From positions 736,001-800,000 of the forward strand of contig CAWHHI010000020.1 in NCBI GenBank assembly GCA_963829055.1: 64,000 nt of DNA. Direction: 5' to 3'. The translations under genes and the position numbers were made by a program. Within the stretch, counting starts at the first letter, position 1. The number at the start of each line of letters is the position of its first letter. The notes beneath the pieces were generated by a model. The model was not told where the DNA came from. It was given only the letters and a program-made list of their open reading frames with translations, and did not search any database. Shown here one piece after another: positions 34,496 through 45,539 of the stretch. The DNA is from an uncultured Gemmatimonadaceae bacterium (GTDB taxonomy: Bacteria > Gemmatimonadota > Gemmatimonadetes > Gemmatimonadales > Gemmatimonadaceae).

Positions 34496-36767
34496 TCAGA
34501 TGGAAGCCCGCCACCCCCGGTGCCCGTGCTGCTCCATCCAACGACCGCGAGCGAGAGCCGCGCCGGCGCCGGGCCGCCGATCGCTCGCGAGTGAGCCCTG
34601 CTCCGCCGCAAGCGCGGCGTACGCGCCGCCGAGTGCCGTCAACTGCTCGTGCGTACCGCGCTCGACGACGCGTCCGCGCTGGAGGAGAAGGATCTGATCC
34701 GCCGACCGAACGGCCGTCAGGCGGTGCGCGATGACGACGCGGGTGCAGCGCAACTGCTCGAGGTTCGCGATGAGGCGCTGTTCTGCCGCTACATCCAGGT
34801 GACTGCTCGCCTCGTCGAGCATGAGGATGTCCGGGCGCGACACGAGCGCACGCGCGATCGCGAGACGCTGCCGCTGCCCACCGGAGAGGTTGCCACCGCT
34901 CTCGGCGAGCCGAGTCTCGTAGCGCATCGGCATGCGCTCGACGTCGTCGTCGAATCCGGAGAGTCGCGCCGCCTCGATGACCTGCTCGAGCGGTGCGTCC
35001 GGCGCGTTGAGCGCAATGTTGGAGCGGACCGTGCCTCCGAAGAGGGCGACGTCCTGCAGGACGATACCGCACCGTCTCCGCACGACGTGCGGGTCGAGCT
35101 CCGATAGCGGGATGCCGTCGTAGCGCACTTCTCCGGCGGATGCCTCGTAGAGCCCGAGAAGCAGCATGAGCATCGTGCTCTTTCCAGAGCCGGTCGGTCC
35201 GACGATCGCCGAGCTTTTCGCCGGGCGCGACGGAGAAGGACACATCGTCGATGATCGCCGGGCCGTCGGGCGCAAAGCGGAACGTGAGCCCGCGGACATC
35301 GATCGATCCTTCGAGGTGCGGCGAGATGACGTGCACCGAAGGCGCGGCGACACGCGATTCCGGCTCGGCGTGCAGAACGTCGATGAGGCGCTCGATGTAG
35401 GCGTCGAGAAGTTGCAGCTGCTGCGAGCTCTGGACGAGCGCCATGAACGGGGTGAGGAACGACGCCGCGAGGGCGCTGAGCGCCAGCATCGTTCCAAGGG
35501 GAAGTTTGCCCGCGAGCACCAGCGACGCGCCGTACCACAGCAGCGCGAGCGGCGACGCCGATCGCAGCACACCTAACGCGATGTCCACTTTCGCGGTGAA
35601 ATACCCGCGCTCCATGAACACCGCGAGCTGGCGTCGAAACAGCTCGATCCACCGGTCGTACGCGCGGGCCTCTGCCCCCGCCGCCTTGAGATGCGCGATG
35701 CCCTTCATGAGCTCGACGAGACAGCTCTGCTCGTCCGACTTCGCCGCGAGCATCCGCTGTCCGAGGTCGCGGAGCCGAGGCAGCGACGCGAGCACGAGGG
35801 CGGCCTGCACCACGGACAGGCCGACGACGAGAAGAGCGAACGTCGGCGCGATGACGAGGAGCACCACCAGGTAGAGCAGCGCGAACGGCCCGTCGAGCAT
35901 CACCGACAGCAGCTGCGTGGTGAGGATGTCGCGGATCATCGTGTTGCTCGACAGCCGCATGAGCAGGTCGCCGCTGCTGCGCCCCTGGTAGAATCGGTAC
36001 GGCAGCCGCAGCAGGTGGTCGAAGAAGCCTTCCGTGAGCCGCGCGTCGAGGCGCGTCTGCAAGCGCAGCATCACGGCGCTCCTGACGAACGACGTTGCTG
36101 CTCGCGCCACAACCACGATCCCCATGCCTAACGCAATGACCGACAGCGAGAGCGACGAGCCCGGCGGTGCGACGTCGTCGACGATGAGCTTCGTGAACAG
36201 CGGCATGGCGAGGCCGAGCGCCTGGAGCAGCACCGACCCGGCAATGATCTGCGCCAGTGCGCCCTGCGCACTCAAGTCGTGGAACATTGCCGCGAGATAG
36301 TCGAGCCACAGCGGCACTCGGCGCCTGGGGCGTGAGACGAGACCCGGGCCGGCTCCGCACACGAGCGTCACGCCACTGTAGCCAGCCAGGAAGTCTTCGG
36401 CGGTCAGGATCTGCCGGCCGAGCGCGGGATCAATGATCGTCACGCGCTTGCTGCTCCACCGCTCCACGACGACGAAGTGCCGCGCTTTCCAGTGCGCGAT
36501 GGCCGGGAGGGCTACCGTCGCGAAGTCCGCCGGTGCGACGGCGACGGGTTGCGCGATGAGACCGAAGCGCTCCGCCACTGTAGAGAGGGCGCGGAGTCGG
36601 ACCCCATCGCGACCGCCGCCGCATAACGCGCGACACTCGGACGCGACGTCATGCACGCCGTGCGCGGCGAGCACCATCGCCAGACATGCTGCTCCGCAGT
36701 CGTCCGCGCCGAGCTGCTGGATGAAGGGCACGCGTCGCCGCGTGCGGGTCGCGATTCGCTGCGTCAT
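34496..36767 (-). CDS. lanT: LanT: C39 peptidase-containing ABC transporter; frameshift near 35215
   Basis: QQLGADDCGAACLAM, AHWKARHFVV, IIDP; GPTGSGKST, LSGGQRQR, LMLDEA; ATGA overlap with lanM. Confidence 0.92.
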
Positions 36768-39700
36768 GGCTCGACTCGCGCCAGTGGGTTTCCGCGAGGT
36801 GCCTCCAACGAGAGCAACGACGGCACCTGTTGCGTGGCCCCGATGCGGAGAAGGCCGTAGCCGATGCCCGCGAGACCCATCATGAGTCCGGGCGTCTCGA
36901 CGCCGCCTGGGATGCCGCACCGCCAATCACCTCGAGCGATGCGTTCGACCAGGCGAGACGACTCGAACGCCAGCCGGCTTTCCCACGGGCCGCGGGTCCC
37001 TAGCTCGCGCGCGCGAAGGAACAGCTCGAGGTTGCCCAGATCGCCGTGACACAGTGAATCGTTGGAACCGAAGCCGGCGCTGACGGTGGAGGAGAGCGCG
37101 GTCTCGAGCTCTGTGCGGGACGCGCACGCGAGATCGGATGTGGCGTCATGTTGCAGCGTGATGAGTCGGGCCAGACCGACGCCGGGCGCGCCGTGACACC
37201 ACGACCACATCATGGCCGGCGGTCCTGGCGGCGCAGCGCGATCGAGGATCCGGTAGTCGGGCCAGTTCTGCCGATCGGAGTCGAACGTGTCGCGCTCGTA
37301 GCGCAACGCGGCGTGAGCAACCGCAGCGCACCGAGGATCGTCCAGAATGGCGCCGGCCGTAAACAGCGCGGCGGCAATGCCTGACGCGCCGTGCGAGAAG
37401 CCCGTGAGCGGTTGCGTGTGCGTCCAGCGATGACTTCCAGGCGAGACCACTCTCGATTGGGTGGGTGGAGTCGAGCAGGCGCTGAACCGACACGCGCATG
37501 ACATCGTGCACTGCCGCACCTGGCCGCGCGCGGTGCAGCGCCGCGAGCGCGAAGATGAGCCCAGCGACTCCGGTGATGATGTCCAGCTCACGATCGACGG
37601 CCGCCTCCTCACGCACGCGAGCCGCTACGGCGTCGGCGAAATCGAGGAGGGCATGATCTTGCCACAGCACGCCCACGTGGGAGAGCGTGTAGATCGCCCC
37701 GCCCAGTGAGCCGAACGCCCCGATCGCGCCTGGCGTCAACGCGCCGCTGCTCTGTTCCGGATCGAGAAGGAGACGGGCACGAGTCGTTACCTGCTCGAGG
37801 ACGTCGCGCGAGAGTTGCTCGTGCTCACGATTGCCGGTGATGTCAGCCAGGTACGCGAGGAAGAGCGCGACGCCGAGCGTGCCGCCATACAGATCCGATC
37901 CGATGGGCTGGATCACCCAGTCCCGCTCCTGCGCGAGCGTGAGCCCGAGCCAGCTCAAACGCGAGCTCTGTCGGAGCGCCAGCGCGCTAATGCGCCGTGC
38001 GATGCGCTCAGCCGCGCCGATGCACGCGTCACGGGATGGCGGCGCCGACGTTGCGTTAGGCACGGCGCGTGGGGCCGGTGCGGAGCCGGACACCGCCACG
38101 TGGCGACCGGGCGCCAAGCCCACGAGCGAGGCGCGGACGACCCATTGTTGCCGGACCAGGTCGTCTTCCGAAAGTGACGTGACGCGCGCAAGAGCTGCGT
38201 CGAGTCCCGACTGCTCGAAGAAGTCCGCGATGCACGCGCCGTGCGTCGTCAGCAGATCTCGGCTGTCAGGACGGCTCGTGAACAGCGGGACGTCACCGGC
38301 CACGAGGTCCGCGTGCTCGTAGGCGACGACGGACTCCAGCTCCGGTCGCGACGGCACGGCCACCCACAGCCGATCCAGCAGCCGATCGCGGTCGAGCGCG
38401 TCCCTGAGGACGTCCGGGTGGTAGCTCTCGAGCAGGATCAGCGCGTACTGGCGCGTGGGGCGCAGCACGACGCGAATGGGCGCCGCGGCAAAGCGGCGTA
38501 TGGGACCGCCGTCGGCCAGCAGCTCGTCGCGATGGCGCAGGAGCAGCCGGTACGTGGACGTGAAGCCAGCCAGGATGCGATCCACGTGATGCGTCGGATC
38601 GATGATCTCGTTGCCTAACGCTGGGCGGTTGTTGGACGCGGGGAGATCAACGAAGTCGCGCACGAGCCGCATCTCGTCAGTGCCCGCGCCCACCACCACG
38701 GGGAACCGGTTCGGCGTCCGCTGTACGCCACCACCGCCCACCGCGCTCATGTCGAGGCCAGACGACTCGCGATTGCCGAACGCTCGGAAGGGCAGCACGC
38801 CGGCGCGCAGCACCGAATGCTGCAGCGCGCTCCAGCCGATCCATTCCGGGTCATCGATCGGGGGCGCGTGTGACCGTTCGCGGATGACACAGCGCCTCGA
38901 GGTCGATCAACATCGGATGCTCGCCGGACGCGATGACGTTTTCGTAGTGGAAGTCCGTCGCCTCCAGCGCGTGCAGCAGCGCGAGGTACGACCCGAAGCG
39001 TTCGTAGAAGCGCGTCACCTCATCGGGCGTGGTGCACGGCTCCTGCGCCGCGAACTCGGCCCAGCCATGCGTCTCGGAGCTCACTGTGCGCACTGCGTGC
39101 AGCGGTGGCGATTGCCCGCGCTCGTTCGCCCAGGCCACGAGCTCCGAAAAACACAGGTCCACCGCCAGCGAGCGTGGCTTGTAGACGATGCGCTTCCCCG
39201 ACGAGAACGCGGCGATCAGGACGGACCGGCCGTGACGGTGTGTGTCACCGGCGCCCGCGGTGAGCTCGGTCAGTTGTCCGAGATGCTCGCCACCGGCAAG
39301 GTCCGCCGACAACCGCCCCGCGTCACGCGCGAGGTGTTGGAGAAACTCGGCCGCGAACTCCTCCCAGTAGCCGGACGCCGTCACGATCAGCCGCGCGAGC
39401 ACCGGGTACTCCTCGAGAATGCGCTGACGCAGATCGGTGGTGCGCAGCAGCCGCGCGAAGTCGGCGTAGCGTGCTTCGGGCGTGTCGCCGGCGAGCCTCC
39501 CTTGAACGCGCGCAACGTTCAGCTCGAGGATCCCGACTTTCACGGATTTGTTCACGAGCTGAGCCCAGAGCGCCGGCTCGAACAGGCGGGTCGCGTGTTC
39601 GGGATCGAACGGCGCGTCAGGGTGCGCTTCTCGAATCCGTCGCGCTCGCTCGAACAGCGCGGTCAGCCCGGCGATGACGAACGGTCCAACGAACGCGCGC

Positions 39701-40104
39701 GCGAGCTCGGCCCCGGCCGTATCCTCGACGCCAGAATCGCCAGTAGCCGACGCGGCGTTGCCGTGGGCTTGAGCGCGGCCAATCGCCGCGACCCAGCTCG
39801 GCGGCGCGTCGACGATCGCGCTCGGACCGTCGCTCGACTCCGCGAGCAGCGACGTGAACTCCGCTTCGGTGAGTGCGTCGAGACGTAGTCGCCGTTCGAG
39901 GATCTCGGGGCGATCGAACGGCCGTTGCTGGCGCCATCGATCGAGTCGGCTCGATTGCCGAGCGTCGGTTGCAGCCTCCGTGGAGAGTGCGGTCGATCCT
40001 CTGGCGTCGCAGATCTCGTCAGGTTCGTGTCGCTGCCTGGCGCGAGCGCGTTCGGTGAGCGTGAACGCCGGAGACCACCAACGCGTGGGAGTAGTGCGGA
40101 GCAT
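36764..40104 (-). CDS. lanM: LanM class II lanthipeptide synthetase; frameshifts near 38880 and 37430
   Basis: GDTH, YKPRSL, TDFHYEN, IDLE in the dehydratase; DLYGGTLG, GFSHGASG, WCHGAPG, LCHGDLG, GLMMGLAGIGY in the cyclase. Confidence 0.95.
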
Positions 40105-40180
40105 GTCGGTTGGCTGTGTGGGTTGAATCGAGGCGCGTCGGTCCGACGCGCCTCGCTCGCTGCTCATCCGTCAACCGCGA

Positions 40181-40471
40181 TCAGCACAGAGATGCGCCGG
40201 TGAGAACGATCGTGATGCAGAAGCAGGTGCAGTACGGGAACCCGGCGGTGACGTCGCAGTACCCGGACTGGGTAATGCCCTTGCAACAGCCGAGCGTCTC
40301 GAGGTACTGCGTGCCGTCGACGTTGACGGGGGAGCCGCCCGCGGCGAGCCCGAGCTCGTCGTCGGTGACCTCGATGACGCCAACGGGATTGGGCGGAAGC
40401 GTGGCTGCGTCGCCGAGGGCGGCGCTGTAGTCCGCATCCTTCCACGCGCGGACGATCTGATCAGGTGTCAT
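40181..40471 (-). CDS. lanA: Class II lanthipeptide precursor LanA1
   Basis: Leader IVRAWKDADY...LPPNPVGVIEVTDDEL..AAGG; 50-aa core with 7 Cys and 10 Ser/Thr; AGGAG RBS. Confidence 0.92.
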   Translation of the reverse strand: MTPDQIVRAWKDADYSAALGDAATLPPNPVGVIEVTDDELGLAAGGSPVNVDGTQYLETLGCCKGITQSGYCDVTAGFPYCTCFCITIVLTGASLC

Positions 40472-40576
40472 CGGTCTCCTCTTTCCTCAGAGTGGGCGGA
40501 GTGAAGCCAAGCACGGTGGCTCGGCGGAAAGGCCGAAGACGCGGGGGCACGCCGCGGCTTCGTACCGGCGTGGCCG

Positions 40577-41071
40577 TCAGGAGCGCGGCAGTGCGTAACT
40601 CGCGAGCGAACGCGACCCAAGCGCGGCAGTAGCGGCGTAGTTGGAGCCGGCGGCGAGTGACAGACAGTGACCCTCGTGGCACCGCGATAGGTGAGCGACG
40701 ACTTTCGGACCGCCCGTGTCGACGCTCGTGATCACGAGCTTCAGCGGGTCACTTCCGCCCGTATCGATGGCGGCAACCTGGCCGGGTTTCACGTACGCCC
40801 GCGCCGAGGATGGCAGCATGAGCAACGGCGTTAGGCCGTCCGCCGCTGACGGTGATGCGACGACGACGCCGCGTTCGGTCCGCGGCACGCGGGTATGTCC
40901 GAGCGCCAACGCCGCGACGACGGTGGACAGCACGAGGGCCCACAGCAGCACGATGTAGGGCGAGCGCAGCAGGAGCGGCAGCGGCAGGTCGCCCTGCGTG
41001 ACTCGCTGTTGCTGGATGAGCAGTGCGCGGGTGTTTCGCTGCTCGTGCGAAGGGCGGAGCGTTGTTGTCAT
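40577..41071 (-). CDS. Short single-TM protein resembling a truncated HlyD/membrane-fusion accessory
   Basis: TM helix then VPRTERGVV and LP....YVKPGQVA segments; first gene of the lan operon. Confidence 0.5.
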   Translation of the reverse strand: MTTTLRPSHEQRNTRALLIQQQRVTQGDLPLPLLLRSPYIVLLWALVLSTVVAALALGHTRVPRTERGVVVASPSAADGLTPLLMLPSSARAYVKPGQVAAIDTGGSDPLKLVITSVDTGGPKVVAHLSRCHEGHCLSLAAGSNYAATAALGSRSLASYALPRS

Positions 41072-41203
41072 GCCCGACAGCAAGGCATCTCCCGGGCCTT
41101 GCGACGCGAGCCGCTAACTCACTGCGGCCGCGTGATTTCCGAAATCGTGCGTTCGTTCGTTAGGCGTCACGTAACGCGTGGCCGGCTGCGGGGCGGCTGT
41201 CAC

Positions 41204-41237
41204 TTCACACCGGTATTCACACGGGCGTTCACACCGG
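41204..41237. promoter_or_regulatory. Three direct repeats TTCACAC(C/G)GG at 12-bp period
   Basis: 41204-41213, 41216-41225 and 41228-41237, between the activator gene and the lan operon. Confidence 0.55.
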
Positions 41238-42135
41238 GAGTACCGCTCCGGCGGCGCGCACGTACTCGTGAATCGTCTTGCGTGACACGCCGAGTCGCGC
41301 GGCCGCTACCGTCTTGTTCCCGCCGGCGTCGGCGACGGCCTGCAGAACGAGCGGTGACGTCAGCGATCCGCGTCGCGTGCCGCTGGCTGTTCGCAATCGC
41401 ACGAGGTGGCCCGTGCAGTGTGAGAGCGAAATGACGTGTGCGCCGGCGGCGTCGATGAGCAGTCGCTCGACGGCGGCGACGAGCTCGCGGACGTTGCCCG
41501 GCCACGCGTCGTTTTCCAGTGCGCGGAGGAGCGCGTCATCGAACGTCGGCGGCCTGTCAGCGTAGCCGCAGCGCGGTGCGCGGACGCGCGATGACGTGGC
41601 GTACGAGACCCGCGATGTCCGACACACGTTCGCGGAGTGGCGGGATGCGGACGGCGAACGCGCTGATGCGATCTCTCAGGTCCGCGAGAAATCGATCCTG
41701 CTCGACGAGTGTGTCGAGGCCTTCGTTCGCCGCGAAGATGAAGCGGACGTCACCACGGACCGGGCGGTCGCTGCCGACGGGATAGAAGTCGCCGTCTTCT
41801 TCGACGATGCGGAGCAGCTTGCCTTGCACGAGCTTGGAGGCCTTGCCGATTTCGTCGAGGAACAGGGTGCCACCGGACGCGGAGACGATCGCGCCGGCGC
41901 GTGCCGAGTCGGCGCCGGTGAACGCGCCTTTCGCGTGGCCGAACAGGTCGGAGCTGACGAGCGCGTCGTCGGCCGCGGCGAGCGAGAGCGTGCGGAACGG
42001 ACGGTTCCGTCGCGGCGAGAGGTCGTGGACGTGTCGAGCGAGTACGGTCTTGCCGCACCCGCGCTCACCCTCGAGCAGGATGCACGTGTGATCGTGGGCC
42101 GCATAGCGGCGCAGCTGCGCGAGCGCGTCGCGCAT
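41229..42135 (-). CDS. Sigma54-dependent activator (AAA+ and Fis HTH) lacking an N-terminal sensor; frameshift near 41570
   Basis: GERGCGKT, GAFTGA, LFLDEIG, WPGNVREL, GGNKTVAAARLGVSRKTI. Confidence 0.9.
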
Positions 42136-42350
42136 GGGCGCGGCGTCGCTCTCGAAGACGTGAGGCGGACGTGCGGTGGCGATAGGCGAGCCCTGTATGA
42201 TCGACCGATCAATCTCGCCTGCGACGACGCGCCGCGTGTGTCACAACTCGGACAGAGTCGGCCGAAATCGAGACACTCGCAGACGAAAGACGGCAGGACG
42301 TCAGCAAATCGGAGCGCTCTTCGACGAGACGAAGAGACGGCTGTGACAGC

Positions 42351-43997
42351 CTACTGCGCGATCTTCCGCACCGTCGGGTACTCGATGCCCAGCTGCTCGA
42401 GATACGTCTTGTACTTCTTCGGATCGTAGTAGTACTTCCGCATCTCCGGCCGGTACTGCGCCATGATGTCCGTATTGAGCCAGATCGGCGGCTTGTCCGT
42501 CGGCGCAAAGAACGGTTTGTACTTCACCTCTTTCGTCTGCACGTTCTCGAAGTAGTCTTTCGCGTCGACCACGATCTGCGGCGTGAGCAGGATGTCGAGC
42601 ACCGTCATCGCCTGCACCTTCGCGCCCGCCACCACGCCCTTGTGCGCGATCGGCGTCGCCATCGAGATCGCGTTCGCCCAGTTGTGCCCGGGCATGCCCG
42701 GAATGTTCGACGGATAGTTCAGCGTGATCGTCGGCACGTTCCAGCTCACGTCGCCGATGTCGTCCGAGCCGCCGCCCATGCGCGTCGCCTCGTTCACCGG
42801 ACCACCCAGACGCCCGGGACGCGAGCTCAGGCCGCTATCGGGAACGCCTAACTCGCGCTGAATCCCCTTCGCGAGCGTCTGGTCCTTCTCGTCCCACGTC
42901 GGCATCCCGACCTTCTGGATGTTCTGATACATCGCCTCGGCGATCGGGCGCGAGAAGTGTCCGCTCCAGCCCGAGCCGACCATCATGATCGTGTCGATCT
43001 GGACGTCGGCCATCATCGCGGCGCCCTGCGCCATCTTCTTCGCCGACTCGAACATCGCCATCGTGCGCGGATAGTCACGCTCGCGGAAATAGAACCAGAT
43101 GCTCGCCGTGCTCGGCACCACGTTAGGCTGGTCGCCGCCGTCGGGAATCACGTAGTGCGACCGCTGCGGCAGCTCCATGTGCTCGCGGTGGAACTCCCAC
43201 GCCTGCGCCATGAGCATGACCGCGTCGAGCGCGCTCTTGCCGCGCCACGGCGCACCGGCCGCGTGCGCGCTCGAGCCCTTGAACTTGAAGATGGCCGAGA
43301 TGAGCGCGTTGGAGCCGGACTGCCCCCAGGACACGCCTAACGTGTTGCCGACGTGCGTGAACAGCGTGACGTCGACGTCCTTGAACACGCCGGCCCGCAC
43401 GAGGAACGCCTTGCCGGCCATCTGCTCCTCGGCAACGCCCGGCCAGAGCACGAGCGTGCCGGGGATCTTGTCGCGCTCCATGATCTTCTTCACGACGATG
43501 GCGGCGGCGACGTTGAGTGGCATGCCGGAGTTGTGCCCTTCGCCATGGCCCGGCGATCCCTGGATGAACGTGTCCTTGTAGCCGACGCCGGGCTTGTTGC
43601 CGGCCTGCGGGATGCCGTCGATGTCCGAGCCTAACGAGATGACGGGCTTGCCCGACCCCCACTTCGCGACGAACGCGGTCGGTATGCCGGCGACGCCGCG
43701 CTCGACCTTGAAGCCGTTCTGCTCGAGGATCCCGGTCAGGTACTTGGACGTCTCGACTTCCTGCATGCCGAGCTCGCCGAAGGAGAAGACCTGATCGACC
43801 ATCTCCTGGATCATCTTCGCTTTCGCGTCGATCTCCTTGGCGGCTTCAGCCTTGAGGGCGTCGAGCTGCGGGGTGCTCGGATACTTGTACTTGATGGAGT
43901 CGGCGGCGTTACCCGGCGCACCGCGCTGAGCCGTGGCGGGAGCGGACGCGAGGATGACGAGGGCCGAGGCGGCCAGGGCGACTGAGAATCGGGTCAT
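42351..43997 (-). CDS. Secreted M20 amidohydrolase (AbgB-like)
   Basis: Signal peptide; ELGMQEVETS, GIPTAFVA, GHGEGHN, GVAEE, AHAAGAPWRG, GGSDDIGDVSW. Confidence 0.9.
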   Translation of the reverse strand: MTRFSVALAASALVILASAPATAQRGAPGNAADSIKYKYPSTPQLDALKAEAAKEIDAKAKMIQEMVDQVFSFGELGMQEVETSKYLTGILEQNGFKVERGVAGIPTAFVAKWGSGKPVISLGSDIDGIPQAGNKPGVGYKDTFIQGSPGHGEGHNSGMPLNVAAAIVVKKIMERDKIPGTLVLWPGVAEEQMAGKAFLVRAGVFKDVDVTLFTHVGNTLGVSWGQSGSNALISAIFKFKGSSAHAAGAPWRGKSALDAVMLMAQAWEFHREHMELPQRSHYVIPDGGDQPNVVPSTASIWFYFRERDYPRTMAMFESAKKMAQGAAMMADVQIDTIMMVGSGWSGHFSRPIAEAMYQNIQKVGMPTWDEKDQTLAKGIQRELGVPDSGLSSRPGRLGGPVNEATRMGGGSDDIGDVSWNVPTITLNYPSNIPGMPGHNWANAISMATPIAHKGVVAGAKVQAMTVLDILLTPQIVVDAKDYFENVQTKEVKYKPFFAPTDKPPIWLNTDIMAQYRPEMRKYYYDPKKYKTYLEQLGIEYPTVRKIAQ

Positions 43998-44398
43998 GTG
44001 TAGGCCGAGAGGGTTTGGTGGACTTTCGAGAGGCTAACGTCGAATCACGGGCGACGCCACTGGTCGCGCCGATGAGCACACACCGGTGACGTGCGCGTTC
44101 GCGTTACGCGTGGTGCAATCCACCACGTCGGGTCGACCACTCGCGCCAGGACGGCCATCGATTCCGGAGGGGAGAGCGGGCTCGTCGAGGCGCGCGCGTC
44201 CTGAATTCGACCCGCCTGTTCGAGTCGCCGTTCGTGCGATTCGGAACACCGCCACGCTGTTGGTGACGCGACGACATCCGCACGAGGCGCCGCCTCGGTA
44301 TTCCTGATCGAGACACGCCACCGACACGGCGTGCGCGCAGGTGGCGACGCGCCTCGCCTCATGCGATCACAGTTGGCGCAGCAACGAGGAGTTGAAAC

Positions 44399-44985
44399 AT
44401 GAAATCGAACACGCGAGCCCATGTCGACGCCAGCGCCGTCGCGGGCACATCACTGAATGACGAACGCCGAGATGTTGGCAGGCTGCGCGAAGGCAGCATT
44501 GCAGGCGCACTGGCCGCGGGCGGCGTCGCGCTCTGGTATCTGTTCCGTGACCTGATGGCCGGACACGCCCTGTTCACGCGGCGGCTCGCGATCGGCCAGC
44601 TGCTCGGTATTCACGCATGAGCGATGGGACGGCGACGGCCATTGTCGGATACACGTTGGTTCACTTCGCCGGATTCATCGCGCTCGGCGTTGTCGCCGCG
44701 GTCGTGGTTCGCATGGCGGCGCGTCAGGCGACGGTGCTCGCGGGTGCGTTCCTCGCGTTCGTGATCGCCGAAGCGGCGTTCTGGGTCGTCATCGGGCTGC
44801 TGAACCAGGGGACGCTCGCCGGCATGCTCGGGTGGTCGCAGCTCGCGGCCGGAAACATCCTCGGTTGTGCCATCGTTGGCATCACGTTGTGGCGTGCGCA
44901 CCCGGAGCTGCCTGATGAGGTGCGAGTCGCCATGAGCGGCACCGGATCGTGGAATGCCGCCAGAGCAACGCACCAGCCGCGGTGA
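44399..44985 (+). CDS. Hypothetical membrane protein; frameshift near 44600
   Basis: GAGGAG RBS; LREGSIAGALAAGGVALWYL, continuing as IVGYTLVHFAGF and further TM segments. Confidence 0.6.
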
Positions 44986-45190
44986 TCGCAGGATTTTGTT
45001 ACGTTAGGCAGGCGCGCCGTCGCCAGGGCGTATTATCGGCGATTAATGGCTTTGAGACGGCGCGTCGCGATCCGCACGGTTAGCTGATGGCGCGATGGCA
45101 CCGCTTGCGCGCCATCTCGGCCCGCAGGCCAAGCGCTGACCGGAGCCGCGCGCGAGCAGCCTAACGCGCGGCTCTGCGGGCAGGGCGCCG

Positions 45191-45391
45191 TTACGCCGCG
45201 ACCGCCGTTGCGGGTACGGAGGCGAGAGCCGCGACGAGCGCTTCCACCTGAGCTGCGCTGAATAGTCCGTTCGGACCGTGCGGCGCGTGGTCCGTGAACG
45301 GCGACTCGTAGAGAATCGCCGTCGGCTTCGCCTTCGAGGCGGCTTCGTGCACGTCGGGCCATTCACGTTGGAGGAAGCCGAAATGCGTCAT
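45191..45391 (-). pseudogene. Type I restriction HsdR remnant: N- and C-termini fused in 66 aa
   Basis: MTHFGFLQREWPDVHEAASKA resembles HsdR N-termini; LYESPFTDHAPHGPNGLFSAAQVEALV resembles the EcoEI_R_C-type tail (recognised from memory). Confidence 0.65.
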
Positions 45392-45515
45392 CGTTGTCCG
45401 AATTCTGACCGTCGCACCCTAAGCCACCACGCCAGTTTGCGAAAGCTGGCTTCGATCTCGGTTGAAGCGCGACGCGCCAGTGTGATCACAGGCACCGACA
45501 GTCTCACTGGCCCGC

Positions 45516-45525
45516 TGTATATACA
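45516..45525. promoter_or_regulatory. Palindrome TGTATATACA, candidate BrnA operator
   Basis: Perfect 10-bp AT-rich palindrome 15 nt upstream of brnT. Confidence 0.5.
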
Positions 45526-45539
45526 CCACGTATATTCAC

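Noticed and set aside
41071..41230. Sigma54 -24/-12 promoter for the lan operon
   Set aside because: Only weak GG-N10-GC matches; the best lies too close to the ATG and lacks TGGCAC.
44032..44225. Degenerate attC-like hairpin (ggctaacgtcgaatca...tgaattcgacccgcctgtt)
   Set aside because: Only partial pairing, non-consensus ends and excessive length; cannot be supported without a covariance-model search.
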